From positions 1-64,000 of the IMG/VR virus record IMGVR_UViG_3300032321_000388: DNA of 64,000 nucleotides, one strand, 5' to 3'. This stretch comes from a virus (Duplodnaviria > Caudoviricetes). The notes under the pieces were generated by a model. It was not told where the DNA came from and made no database searches. It saw nothing but the letters and a program-made list of their open reading frames with translations. Both the position numbers and the translations under genes were made by a program. Positions 1 to 8,767 of this stretch are shown here, piece after piece (the first letter of the stretch is position 1; the number at the start of each line of letters is the position of its first letter).

Positions 1-1
1 A

Positions 2-871
2 GATAAACTAATCGAAAAAATTAAATGGCCAGCAATGGTACAATTAAAAATGGATGGCATGAGGTTTAATGCTATTGTTCGTGATAATGTAGTTGAATTC
101 AAAACTAGGAATGGTAAAGAGATACATCTACATGGTAATCTAGAACAAGAGTTTATTCAACTTGCAAACGGAATTGATTGCGTGTTTGATGGTGAACTAG
201 TAGTATCATATTTTGATGGTATTATGGATCGTCAAACAGGTAACGGTATATTAAATAAAGCAATCAAAGGAACTATATCTGATACTGAAGCTGCTTTAGT
301 TAGAGCTATAGTATGGGATGTAATTCCATATATGTATTTTATTGATGGTTATTGCCCTACTCCATATAAAGATAGATTTGCAAGGTTTAAATGGGGAATT
401 GATTTTCCAGAAAAAATTCAATTAGTGCAAAGCACTATTGCAGAAAATATTGAAGAAGCAAGAATTAAATTTGAAGAGTATTATAATGCGGGTCAAGAAG
501 GTATTATATTAAAAGACATGGATTCTCCATGGGAAGATAAGAGAGCAAAACACCAAATTAAATTCAAGGGCGAACTTGAATGCGACCTAAAAGTCGTTGG
601 GTACGAAGAAGGTACTGGTAAATATGTAGGAAAATTGGGCGCCCTTGTTTGTGAATCAGATGATGGCATTATTAAAGTTAAAGTAGGGAGTGGATTTAAT
701 GATGAGAATAGGGAATCGATTAAAAAGCAAGATGTCATCGGCAAAGTGGTGGCTGTCAAGTACAACGCTCGTATTAGGAGCAAATCAGAAGATGAGAGTT
801 TATTCTTACCAATCTTTTTGGAGATCCGTGAAGACAAAACTCAAGCAGATTCGTCTGGGAGTATAAAGTAA
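2..871 (+). CDS. 30: ATP-dependent DNA ligase (gp30), 5'-truncated by the window edge
   Basis: Frame is open from base 2 (DKLIEKIKWPAMVQLKMDG). KxDG adenylation motif, FDGEL, EGIILK and C-terminal OB-fold motifs (VGSGF, LFLPIF) are present. Confidence 0.93.
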   Translation, partial: DKLIEKIKWPAMVQLKMDGMRFNAIVRDNVVEFKTRNGKEIHLHGNLEQEFIQLANGIDCVFDGELVVSYFDGIMDRQTGNGILNKAIKGTISDTEAALVRAIVWDVIPYMYFIDGYCPTPYKDRFARFKWGIDFPEKIQLVQSTIAENIEEARIKFEEYYNAGQEGIILKDMDSPWEDKRAKHQIKFKGELECDLKVVGYEEGTGKYVGKLGALVCESDDGIIKVKVGSGFNDENRESIKKQDVIGKVVAVKYNARIRSKSEDESLFLPIFLEIREDKTQADSSGSIK

Positions 872-1098
872 TGTGGATTGTAGATTCTAAAGGCATCTAT
901 GGAGATACTCATTGGGAGATCTCTGTTTTAAAAGAATCCAATCATCATGGTAAAGAATCTTATGGATGGTTTGGTCCACAAAAATTATATGTATCTTCTG
1001 GAAATGATATTACCCATACCGTAAATAAAGAAGTTTGGACAAAGTTAGTTAGAGTTGCCAGCGATATTGCTAATGATCTAAATAGGAATATAAAATGA
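871..1098 (+). CDS. hypothetical protein
   Basis: ORF is translationally coupled (TAATG) to the ligase. Confidence 0.6.
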   Translation: MWIVDSKGIYGDTHWEISVLKESNHHGKESYGWFGPQKLYVSSGNDITHTVNKEVWTKLVRVASDIANDLNRNIK

Positions 1099-1277
1099 GA
1101 CCATCTATTGAACAAATAGTTATTGATGAATTAGAAGATCAAAAAGAACAAATACTAAATTATCGTATTTCAGTTTTAAATGGAATTGACTCATTTGAAG
1201 ATCCAGTTCTAAATGACGCAGAGATTATTCCAGCATTAGAAAAAATTATAGCACACTATAAAGGCCTATTACTATGA
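1095..1277 (+). CDS. hypothetical protein
   Basis: ATGA overlap with the upstream ORF. Confidence 0.55.
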   Translation: MRPSIEQIVIDELEDQKEQILNYRISVLNGIDSFEDPVLNDAEIIPALEKIIAHYKGLLL

Positions 1278-1537
1278 GTAAAACAAAGGATTTATTTACA
1301 CTAGAACAATCTATTGCACAAGAGGCAGAGATTAGGTTACTAGAACGTATTGACGAATCAATTAAGGCTAGACAAAATAGCTATAGTCTATGGAGACTAT
1401 GGGCTAAAGCATTAGGTGAGAAAGCATCCGACAGCGCTGTAGAAGCTGATGATGTAGCAATATTTAGGACTGTGCTTGCAGCTATAAACTTAGTTACATG
1501 TCTATTCATTATTGCTGGGATTATCAGACACTGGTAA
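1274..1537 (+). CDS. hypothetical membrane protein
   Basis: ATGA overlap; C-terminal hydrophobic helix. Confidence 0.6.
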   Translation: MSKTKDLFTLEQSIAQEAEIRLLERIDESIKARQNSYSLWRLWAKALGEKASDSAVEADDVAIFRTVLAAINLVTCLFIIAGIIRHW

Positions 1538-1542
1538 ATAAG

Positions 1543-1571
1543 TTTACTTTAATCAAGTCTGATGATATAAT
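1543..1571 (+). promoter_or_regulatory. sigma70-type T4-like early/middle promoter
   Basis: TTTACT-N17-TATAAT, with the recurrent TTAAT just after the -35 box. Confidence 0.8.
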
Positions 1572-1577
1572 TCCTTT

Positions 1578-4055
1578 ATGAGCAAATTCTATACCTCTGT
1601 CGTAAAATACGGCAACAAACTCCTATTCCGCTATGTGAATAATGGAAAGTCTTATAATTCAAAAATTAACTATGGTCCTGCACTCTACGTTCCGGTAAAC
1701 AAACAGACTAATCATAGATCTCTTGATGGTTTTAATCTTCATGAGATGAGATTCGAAGATCTTAATCAAGCTCAAGAATTTGCTGATGGATATAAAGAAG
1801 CACAAAATACAAAGATCTTTGGTCAAACTCAATTTGCATATCAATATATCTCCGATGAATATCCAAAGACTATTAATTGGGACAAGGATCTAATTAAGTT
1901 ATTCTCATTGGATATCGAGACTGCAACTGAACATGGATTTCCTAATATTGACGAAGCTAATGAAGAGATCCTTCTTATTACTATCAAGGACAACTTTCAT
2001 AAACAGATCGTAACATTTGGTACAAAAGATTATACATCTACTCGTGAAGATGCTAGGTATATTAAATCATCAAATGAATCAATGATGCTTAGAACATTTG
2101 TTGACTTTTGGCAACGCAACTGCCCTGATGTTATTACTGGTTGGAATATTAATGGCTTTGATATACCATACATAGTTAACCGTATTAGATTACTACTTGG
2201 TGATGATCATGTAAAGAAGTTATCTCCTTGGAATGTGGTTAATGATAAGAAGATGTATATCAACGGAAGAGATGTTAAAGGTTATTCATTTTTAGGTATA
2301 TCAACTCTGGATTATCTTGAGCTATATAAGAAGTTTACATATACAAATCATGAATCATATCGATTAGATTATATTGCAAAATTTGAATTAAACTCTAAGA
2401 AACTTGAGAATCCATATGAGACATTTAAAGAATTCTATACTAATGATTGGGACAAATTTGTCAAGTATAATATACATGACGTAGAACTTGTCGATCAACT
2501 AGAAGATAAGATGAAACTTATCGAGTTGATTTACACTATGGCGTATAATGCTAAGATTAACTTTGAAGATGTATTCAGTCCAGTTAGAATGTGGGATGTA
2601 ATCATATATAATTATCTCAAAGAACGCAATATTGTTATTCCTCTTAAAGAAGATAATTCCAGGTCTGAAGCATTTGAAGGAGCTTATGTTAAAGATCCTC
2701 TTGTAGGTCAACATAAGTGGGTTGCTTCATTTGACTTAAATTCTTTATATCCACATTTGATTATGCAGTACAACATGAGTCCTGAAACTCTAACTGATAC
2801 TAGATTAGATGTTAATGTTGAAAAACTTCTTAACAAAGAAGATATTAATGTGCCAGTTGGTTTAGCTCTTACAGCAAATGGTTGGTGTTATAGTAAAGAA
2901 AATAAAGGTTTCTTACCAGCTTTAATGGAAGAAATGTATAACAATCGATCTAAGTTTAAAAAGATGATGTTAAAAGCAGAACAAGAGTATGAGAAGACAA
3001 AAGATCCTCAACTAGTTAAAGAGATATCTAAGTTAAAAAATCTTCAGATGGCTATGAAGATCGCGTTGAATTCAGCTTATGGAGCAGTTGGTAATAGATA
3101 TTTCAGATATTATGATCTACGTATTGCTGAAGGTATTACAACGTCCGGTCAACTATCGATACGATGGATGGCAAATAAACTTAATGATTTTTTAAATAAA
3201 ACGTTGAAAACAAAAGGTGAAGATTACGTGATAGCTATAGACACTGACTCGATCTATCTCACTTTAGAGAACCTTGTTGAGTCTACTTGTGAAGGTAAGA
3301 CTACTGAGCAAAAGATTGCTTATATGGATAAAATCTGTGAACAAGCATTCCAACCATTTATTGATGGCGGATACCAAGAACTTGCAGAGTATATGAATGC
3401 TTATGGTCAAAAGATGCAAATGAAACGAGAAGTACTTGCCGATAAAGGTATTTGGGTAGCTAAGAAGCGATATGTATTAAACGTACATAATTCCGAAGGA
3501 GTACAATATGCAAAACCTAAGATTAAAGTTATGGGTCTTGAAATGGTCAAATCATCGACACCTGCAGTCGTCCGTGAGAAACTCAAAGAGGCATTGGAGG
3601 TTATCCTCCATGAAGATGAAGCGGCAGTTCAGACATTTGTCAAAACCTTTAAAAAGAAATTCAGCAAGCTCAGTATCGAGGACATCTCTTTTCCTAGATC
3701 GATTTCCGATATAGAAAAATATTCAGGTACTCCAATATATAAGAAGGGTACTCCAATGCATGTTCGCGGAGCTTTATTGTTTAATCATTATGTAAAACAA
3801 AAAGGTCTAGCTAAAAAGTATCAACCAATTGGGAATGGAGATAAGATTAAATTTGTTTATGTCAGATCTAATAATCCATTTAATGAGAATGTGATAGCAT
3901 TCAATTCTGTGTTACCAAAAGAATTTGGTTTACATCAATATATAGACTATGACTTACAATTTGAAAAAGTATTCCTAGATGCTATGCAAATTGTTATTCA
4001 ACCGTTAGGATGGCATGCTGAAGAGGTTTCTTCTCTTGAGTCCTTTTTTGCTTAG
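1578..4055 (+). CDS. 43: family B DNA polymerase (gp43)
   Basis: DIET exonuclease motif, SFDLNSLYP, KxxxNSxYG, DTDS, and C-terminal clamp-binding SLESFF. Confidence 0.98.
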   Translation: MSKFYTSVVKYGNKLLFRYVNNGKSYNSKINYGPALYVPVNKQTNHRSLDGFNLHEMRFEDLNQAQEFADGYKEAQNTKIFGQTQFAYQYISDEYPKTINWDKDLIKLFSLDIETATEHGFPNIDEANEEILLITIKDNFHKQIVTFGTKDYTSTREDARYIKSSNESMMLRTFVDFWQRNCPDVITGWNINGFDIPYIVNRIRLLLGDDHVKKLSPWNVVNDKKMYINGRDVKGYSFLGISTLDYLELYKKFTYTNHESYRLDYIAKFELNSKKLENPYETFKEFYTNDWDKFVKYNIHDVELVDQLEDKMKLIELIYTMAYNAKINFEDVFSPVRMWDVIIYNYLKERNIVIPLKEDNSRSEAFEGAYVKDPLVGQHKWVASFDLNSLYPHLIMQYNMSPETLTDTRLDVNVEKLLNKEDINVPVGLALTANGWCYSKENKGFLPALMEEMYNNRSKFKKMMLKAEQEYEKTKDPQLVKEISKLKNLQMAMKIALNSAYGAVGNRYFRYYDLRIAEGITTSGQLSIRWMANKLNDFLNKTLKTKGEDYVIAIDTDSIYLTLENLVESTCEGKTTEQKIAYMDKICEQAFQPFIDGGYQELAEYMNAYGQKMQMKREVLADKGIWVAKKRYVLNVHNSEGVQYAKPKIKVMGLEMVKSSTPAVVREKLKEALEVILHEDEAAVQTFVKTFKKKFSKLSIEDISFPRSISDIEKYSGTPIYKKGTPMHVRGALLFNHYVKQKGLAKKYQPIGNGDKIKFVYVRSNNPFNENVIAFNSVLPKEFGLHQYIDYDLQFEKVFLDAMQIVIQPLGWHAEEVSSLESFFA

Positions 4056-4467
4056 TGGATGTATCCTTGTAGGTGGAGGAGCGTATCAAACTATGGATAC
4101 TATATCAACCGGTGCTACCGCAGTTTCATATGGTGCCACAGGCAAAGGTATTACTGATCATGCTATAAGTAAAATAGTAGGTAAAGATTGCCGGTTGTTT
4201 AATGTATTAAAAAAGAAACAGTTTTGCCGAGTACATAAGACATATGAAGTAAATTTTTATAGTGGTTTAAAGAATACATATTTAATAACAGAGGAGACAC
4301 CAAATGTCACAAAACTGGGTACAAGACATAAACGACATGCACACAAAGTTCGGGGTAAGAGAAGTAACCTCAAAGTTGAGTGCAAATCATCTAGCAGAGT
4401 ATTTAGAATTCAGGATCCGTTTCTTGCAAGAAGAACTGGACGAAATGAAACATGCAGCAAAAAATAA
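4015..4467 (+). CDS. putative lipoprotein; the C-terminal part overlapping the next gene may be spurious
   Basis: Signal peptide with lipobox LLSGC; fills the gap between gp43 and the next gene. Confidence 0.5.
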   Translation: MLKRFLLLSPFLLSGCILVGGGAYQTMDTISTGATAVSYGATGKGITDHAISKIVGKDCRLFNVLKKKQFCRVHKTYEVNFYSGLKNTYLITEETPNVTKLGTRHKRHAHKVRGKRSNLKVECKSSSRVFRIQDPFLARRTGRNETCSKK

Positions 4468-4714
4468 TGATTCTGAAGAGATTGTAGATGCTCTTATAGA
4501 TCTATGCGTTGTAGCAATTGGTACATTAGATGCCTATGGAGTAAATTCATATAAGGCATGGGATGAAGTTCATGCGGCTAATATGTCTAAAGAAGTTGGC
4601 ATTAAAGCTTCTCGTCCTAATCCATTAGGTCTACCAGATCTAATTAAACCTGAAGGTTGGAAAGCTCCATCTCATGAAGGTAATCATGGATTGGTAGCGA
4701 AGATCTATGAGTAA
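4304..4714 (+). CDS. MazG/PRA-PH-like all-alpha NTP pyrophosphohydrolase (possible dCTPase/dUTPase)
   Basis: EExxE...EIVDALID motif, ANMSK, LIKPEGW; GAGGAG SD upstream. Confidence 0.8.
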   Translation: MSQNWVQDINDMHTKFGVREVTSKLSANHLAEYLEFRIRFLQEELDEMKHAAKNNDSEEIVDALIDLCVVAIGTLDAYGVNSYKAWDEVHAANMSKEVGIKASRPNPLGLPDLIKPEGWKAPSHEGNHGLVAKIYE

Positions 4715-5138
4715 TCAACAGAAGCTTGGAAAACTTGGTGAATCAATAGTTATCCACCATTTCGGTGGATTCTTATCAGAAGATGTATTTGATATGGACA
4801 AAGATCTTACATTACCAAATGGAGATCAAGTTGAGGTAAAGACACAGAATAGATATAGAACTGAAGCAGCTTTTACTGTTCCTCTACCGTATCAAGGAAG
4901 ACACACAAATCAAATAACCAAATGTTTAAAGGTTAAAAGATTATTCTTTGTTGAATATGAAATACCAAAATCTGATTTGATTAGGGTATGGGAATGTACT
5001 AATAGAAATTATAGAACAATCTTTACTAGATATGGTCAAAGAGCCGCATTTGATATAAATCAAATGACTCTATTAGAAGAATTCCATAATAGTCAAGTTG
5101 CAGATGAAATGTATAGGCTATCTCAAGCTGAAAAATAA
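4707..5138 (+). CDS. PD-(D/E)xK-like nuclease
   Basis: GKLGE...DKD...VEVKTQ motif spacing. Confidence 0.5.
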   Translation: MSNQQKLGKLGESIVIHHFGGFLSEDVFDMDKDLTLPNGDQVEVKTQNRYRTEAAFTVPLPYQGRHTNQITKCLKVKRLFFVEYEIPKSDLIRVWECTNRNYRTIFTRYGQRAAFDINQMTLLEEFHNSQVADEMYRLSQAEK

Positions 5139-5139
5139 T

Positions 5140-5168
5140 TTTACTTATAATCAGTTTTGTTGTATAAT
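5140..5168 (+). promoter_or_regulatory. early/middle promoter
   Basis: TTTACT-N17-TATAAT upstream of the gp42 cluster. Confidence 0.75.
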
Positions 5169-5194
5169 TATAGAATAATCATGGGAGATTTATT

Positions 5195-5542
5195 ATGGCA
5201 GAGCAAAAAGAATCAATAAAAGTTCTACAAGAATGTGCAGAACTTCAACTTAAAAAGTCTAACGACTATCAAAATCCAAACTCAAGAATTAAACAGGCAG
5301 ACTACTATCCTCGTGGAGTAGCAACTATTCTTGATACAATCTATGGTAAGGTACTTCGTGCCTATTCCGTCATGGAAGCCATGGAAAACGATCCAGACTA
5401 TAATCCAAATTTTGAATCTATCGAAGATTCGTTTAAAGATATGATTAACTACGCATCCTTTGCAGTTGCCTATACAAGAGGTAAAATTGAAGGTCAAAAA
5501 CCAGATCGTGACTTTGTTAATAAACCTAAAAAGGTAATATAA
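5195..5542 (+). CDS. DUF1599/Nmad1-like nucleotide-modification-associated all-alpha protein
   Basis: KKxNDY...K..R...ESIEDSFKDMINYA pattern; adjacent to the dCMP hydroxymethylase. Confidence 0.65.
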   Translation: MAEQKESIKVLQECAELQLKKSNDYQNPNSRIKQADYYPRGVATILDTIYGKVLRAYSVMEAMENDPDYNPNFESIEDSFKDMINYASFAVAYTRGKIEGQKPDRDFVNKPKKVI

Positions 5543-6231
5543 TGAGTACCGTATATGGTGTAAGTAATATTAGAAACATCTTTAAAGAAAAATTAAAGAT
5601 GGAAGAATTTGTTTATGATAAGACTGGAGTTAAAACAGTCGAGATCATGAATGCTGCATTCTTTGCAAATCAACCAGCAATCTTTGGTACAGTCAATGAA
5701 GACTATGTTAAAAGAGAATTAGATTGGTATAAATCTATGTCTCTTAATGTAAATGATATTCCTGGTGGTCCTCCAGAAATCTGGAAGATGGTTGCATCTA
5801 CTTCTGGCCGCATTAATTCAAACTATGGTTGGTGTATATATTCTAAAGAGAATGGTTCACAGTTCATAAAAGTTGTAGATGAACTAGCCCGTAGTCCTGA
5901 TTCTCGTCGTGCTGCAATGATCTATACAAGACCAACCATGCATGATGATTATAATACTGATGGTATGTCTGACTTCATGTGTACTAACACAGTCCAATAT
6001 TTAATCAGAGATGGAAAGCTACATGCAATGGTCTACATGAGATCAAATGATGCAGTTTTTGGTTACAAGAATGATTATGCGTGGCAAAAACATGTATTAC
6101 TTGAAGTATGGGAATACTTAAGAAAAAACTATAAACATTTAGTAGATCTTAATATAGGTGATATCTATTGGAATGTAGCATCTCTTCACGTTTATGAAAG
6201 GCATTTTAAGTTTATCGATGGCAGCGATTAA
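5542..6231 (+). CDS. 42: dCMP hydroxymethylase (gp42)
   Basis: Near-identical blocks to T4 gp42: DKTGVKT, RELDWYKS, INSNYGW, DSRR, GMSDFMCTNTVQYLIRD, MRSND.FG.NDYAWQK (Asp at the dCMP-specificity position), SLHVY.RHF. Confidence 0.93.
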   Translation: MSTVYGVSNIRNIFKEKLKMEEFVYDKTGVKTVEIMNAAFFANQPAIFGTVNEDYVKRELDWYKSMSLNVNDIPGGPPEIWKMVASTSGRINSNYGWCIYSKENGSQFIKVVDELARSPDSRRAAMIYTRPTMHDDYNTDGMSDFMCTNTVQYLIRDGKLHAMVYMRSNDAVFGYKNDYAWQKHVLLEVWEYLRKNYKHLVDLNIGDIYWNVASLHVYERHFKFIDGSD

Positions 6232-6673
6232 TAAATGGTATAAGCGATACCTTAAACTCGCAAAAGAAATAGCCACATGGTCTAAGGATCCAAACACACA
6301 GGTTGGAGCAGTGGTAGTTGGATCTAAAGGTCAGATCTTATCTCAAGGTTATAATGGATTTCCACGTGGAATATCTGATTTAAGCAAGAGATTATCGGAT
6401 AGAGATGTAAAACTATCTTTGATAGTTCATGCAGAGATGAATGCTATATTCAATGCTTCGTATTCAGGTGTATCATTAGATGGATCAACAATATTCATTC
6501 ATGGTTTACCAGCATGTTCAGAATGTGCAAAGGGTATTATCCAAGTAGGTATTAAAAAAGTAGTGGTATCAAAAGAATGTATAGAAGCTAGACCTCATTG
6601 GAATGATTCATGGAAAAAATCAATAGCTATGTTTGCTGAAGCTGGCGTTGCGGTATTTGTTATCAATGAATAA
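6218..6673 (+). CDS. cd: dCMP deaminase
   Basis: SKDP.TQVGA, GYNG, HAEMNA and CxxC zinc motifs. Confidence 0.93.
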   Translation: MAAINKWYKRYLKLAKEIATWSKDPNTQVGAVVVGSKGQILSQGYNGFPRGISDLSKRLSDRDVKLSLIVHAEMNAIFNASYSGVSLDGSTIFIHGLPACSECAKGIIQVGIKKVVVSKECIEARPHWNDSWKKSIAMFAEAGVAVFVINE

Positions 6674-7217
6674 TATAAAAATTATTAAGACTGGTATTAA
6701 TGTCTCAAAGATATTAAAACAACTTGATCAGTATCCAGAAGATTGGAATGGTCAGAAAAAAGTAGATAATACAGGATCATTATTAAATAGAGGTTATGCT
6801 GATTTACCAGTAGGCGTACTTCAACTTGTAATGGGAGTTGTGACTAAAGTAGAAGATCACGCTGAAGATTCAGAACTTTGTGTAAAAACTCCAGCATACA
6901 ATCATCATACAGAAATGATCGGCTTCTTAAAAAGAAACTTTAAAAAGTTTGATAGATGTGGATTCCTATCTCTTGCTCCAGGTGGAGAAGTTGGACAGCA
7001 CATTGATGAAGGTAAATATTATCAAACACGAGATAGATATCATTTAGCTATTAAAGGCAAATATAGATATACTGTAGGCGGAGAATCTTATGATGTAGAA
7101 CCTGGAACTCTACTATGGTTTAATAATAAACTTATGCATGGTACAGAAGTTCTTGGTGATGAAGTTAGAGTAACTTTTGTATTTGATGTACCCCATTCAA
7201 AAAATAGGAGAATATAA
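6666..7217 (+). CDS. Asp/Asn beta-hydroxylase-like 2OG-Fe(II) oxygenase
   Basis: HID, RYHL, WFNNKLMH and R..FVFD cupin motifs. Confidence 0.75.
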   Translation: MNNIKIIKTGINVSKILKQLDQYPEDWNGQKKVDNTGSLLNRGYADLPVGVLQLVMGVVTKVEDHAEDSELCVKTPAYNHHTEMIGFLKRNFKKFDRCGFLSLAPGGEVGQHIDEGKYYQTRDRYHLAIKGKYRYTVGGESYDVEPGTLLWFNNKLMHGTEVLGDEVRVTFVFDVPHSKNRRI

Positions 7218-7408
7218 TGGCACAACCAGGTAATAAAGGCGGTAAAATCCATCCAAGTAAACGTCATAATAATCCAATGGTTTATAAATCAGGTAAACCA
7301 AGATTAAGAACTTTAAATCTTAAGCAATTACAAGAATTAAAGAATAAAACTCAAGGCAATAAAACTATTGCCAAGATTGAACGTGAAATTTTAAAAAGAT
7401 CTAAATAA
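7217..7408 (+). CDS. small basic hypothetical protein
   Basis: Coupled ORF, Lys/Arg-rich. Confidence 0.6.
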   Translation: MAQPGNKGGKIHPSKRHNNPMVYKSGKPRLRTLNLKQLQELKNKTQGNKTIAKIEREILKRSK

Positions 7409-7419
7409 AGGAGCAATAC

Positions 7420-8499
7420 ATGGGACTATTAGATAAAATCAAAGGTAATTCAACAATCAAAGATTCAGAGATTCTCTCTAAATCTAAATTCTTTACAAAG
7501 AAGGATATGATAGCAACATCTATTCCTGCTATTAATATTGCATTATCAGGCAGACTAGATGGAGGTTTAACTCCAGGCCTAACAATGTGGGCAGGTCCTT
7601 CTAAACATTTTAAAACGGCTTTCTCTCTATTGATGGCTAATGCCTATATGGAAAAGTATAAAGAAGCTGTTCTTTTATTCTATGATTCAGAGTTTGGTAC
7701 TCCTCAATCATATTTTGATTCATTTGGTATAGATACCTCAAGAGTTCTTCATACTCCTATCACAGATGTAGAACAACTTAAGTTTGATATTATGAAACAA
7801 CTTGAAGGCATAGAACGTAATGACAAAGTTATGATTAACATTGACTCTATCGGTAATCTTGCATCTAAGAAAGAAGTTGAAGATGCTTTAGATGGTAAAT
7901 CAGTTGCTGATATGTCAAGAGCAAAACAAATTAAATCATTATTCAGAATGGTAACACCTCATCTGACTCTTAAAGATATTCCAATGGTAGTTGTTAACCA
8001 CACATATATGACTATGGAGATGTATGCAAAACCTGTAGTTGGTGGTGGTACTGGTTCATACTACTCAGCGGATAATATCTTTATTCTAGGTAGACAACAA
8101 GAGAAAGATGGTACTGAGTTGTCTGGTTATAATTTCATTATCAATGTGGAGAAATCTCGTTATGTTCGTGAAAAATCAAAGATCCCTGTTACAGTTAAGT
8201 TTGATGGTGGTATATCTCGCTGGTCTGGTCTACTCGATATGGCTTTGGAAACCGGTCATGTTATTAAGCCTTCTGTTGGTTGGTTCTCTCGTGTTAATAC
8301 AGGAACTGGGGAAATAGAAGAAAGAAAATGGAGAATCAAAGAGACTGATTCAAAAGATTTCTGGTTACAACTATTGACAGATAAGACTTTCCAACAAGCT
8401 ATTCAAGATCGATATCAGATGGCTCATGGTAATATCTTATCTGATTCTGAAATTGACATTGAACTTGCTGCAATAGAAGACGATGTTATCGAAGCTTAA
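7420..8499 (+). CDS. uvsX: RecA-like recombinase UvsX
   Basis: GPSKHFKT, YDSEFG, IDSIGNLASKKE; AAGGAG SD. Confidence 0.96.
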   Translation: MGLLDKIKGNSTIKDSEILSKSKFFTKKDMIATSIPAINIALSGRLDGGLTPGLTMWAGPSKHFKTAFSLLMANAYMEKYKEAVLLFYDSEFGTPQSYFDSFGIDTSRVLHTPITDVEQLKFDIMKQLEGIERNDKVMINIDSIGNLASKKEVEDALDGKSVADMSRAKQIKSLFRMVTPHLTLKDIPMVVVNHTYMTMEMYAKPVVGGGTGSYYSADNIFILGRQQEKDGTELSGYNFIINVEKSRYVREKSKIPVTVKFDGGISRWSGLLDMALETGHVIKPSVGWFSRVNTGTGEIEERKWRIKETDSKDFWLQLLTDKTFQQAIQDRYQMAHGNILSDSEIDIELAAIEDDVIEA

Positions 8500-8767
8500 G
8501 TATATTAAGGAACCTTATGGTCAAACCCAGTTTGCATTACAACTGGAAGACCATAAGTATTCTGAAGTTCGATTTACCATAGGTAAGGTATCTTTTAATG
8601 AGGATAATTATACATTAAAGTACAACTATGATATAATAGAGAATAACTGCGCAGACTTTGATAAAGTAGAGTTTGAACATTCAGTAGGCGACCTCATTAT
8701 GCAGATGCTAGAAGAGGGAGTTCATAAAAACGATTTAATTTATACAGGCGGTGTTGATGAGAATTGA
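8483..8767 (+). CDS. gp40-like protein
   Basis: Sits between uvsX and gene 41, as T4 gene 40 does; small acidic protein. Confidence 0.45.
   Translation: MLSKLKYIKEPYGQTQFALQLEDHKYSEVRFTIGKVSFNEDNYTLKYNYDIIENNCADFDKVEFEHSVGDLIMQMLEEGVHKNDLIYTGGVDEN

Noticed and set aside
5542-6231. Thymidylate synthase or dUMP hydroxymethylase call
   Set aside because: The sequence matches T4 gp42 block by block and has Asp (KNDYAW) at the position that specifies dCMP.
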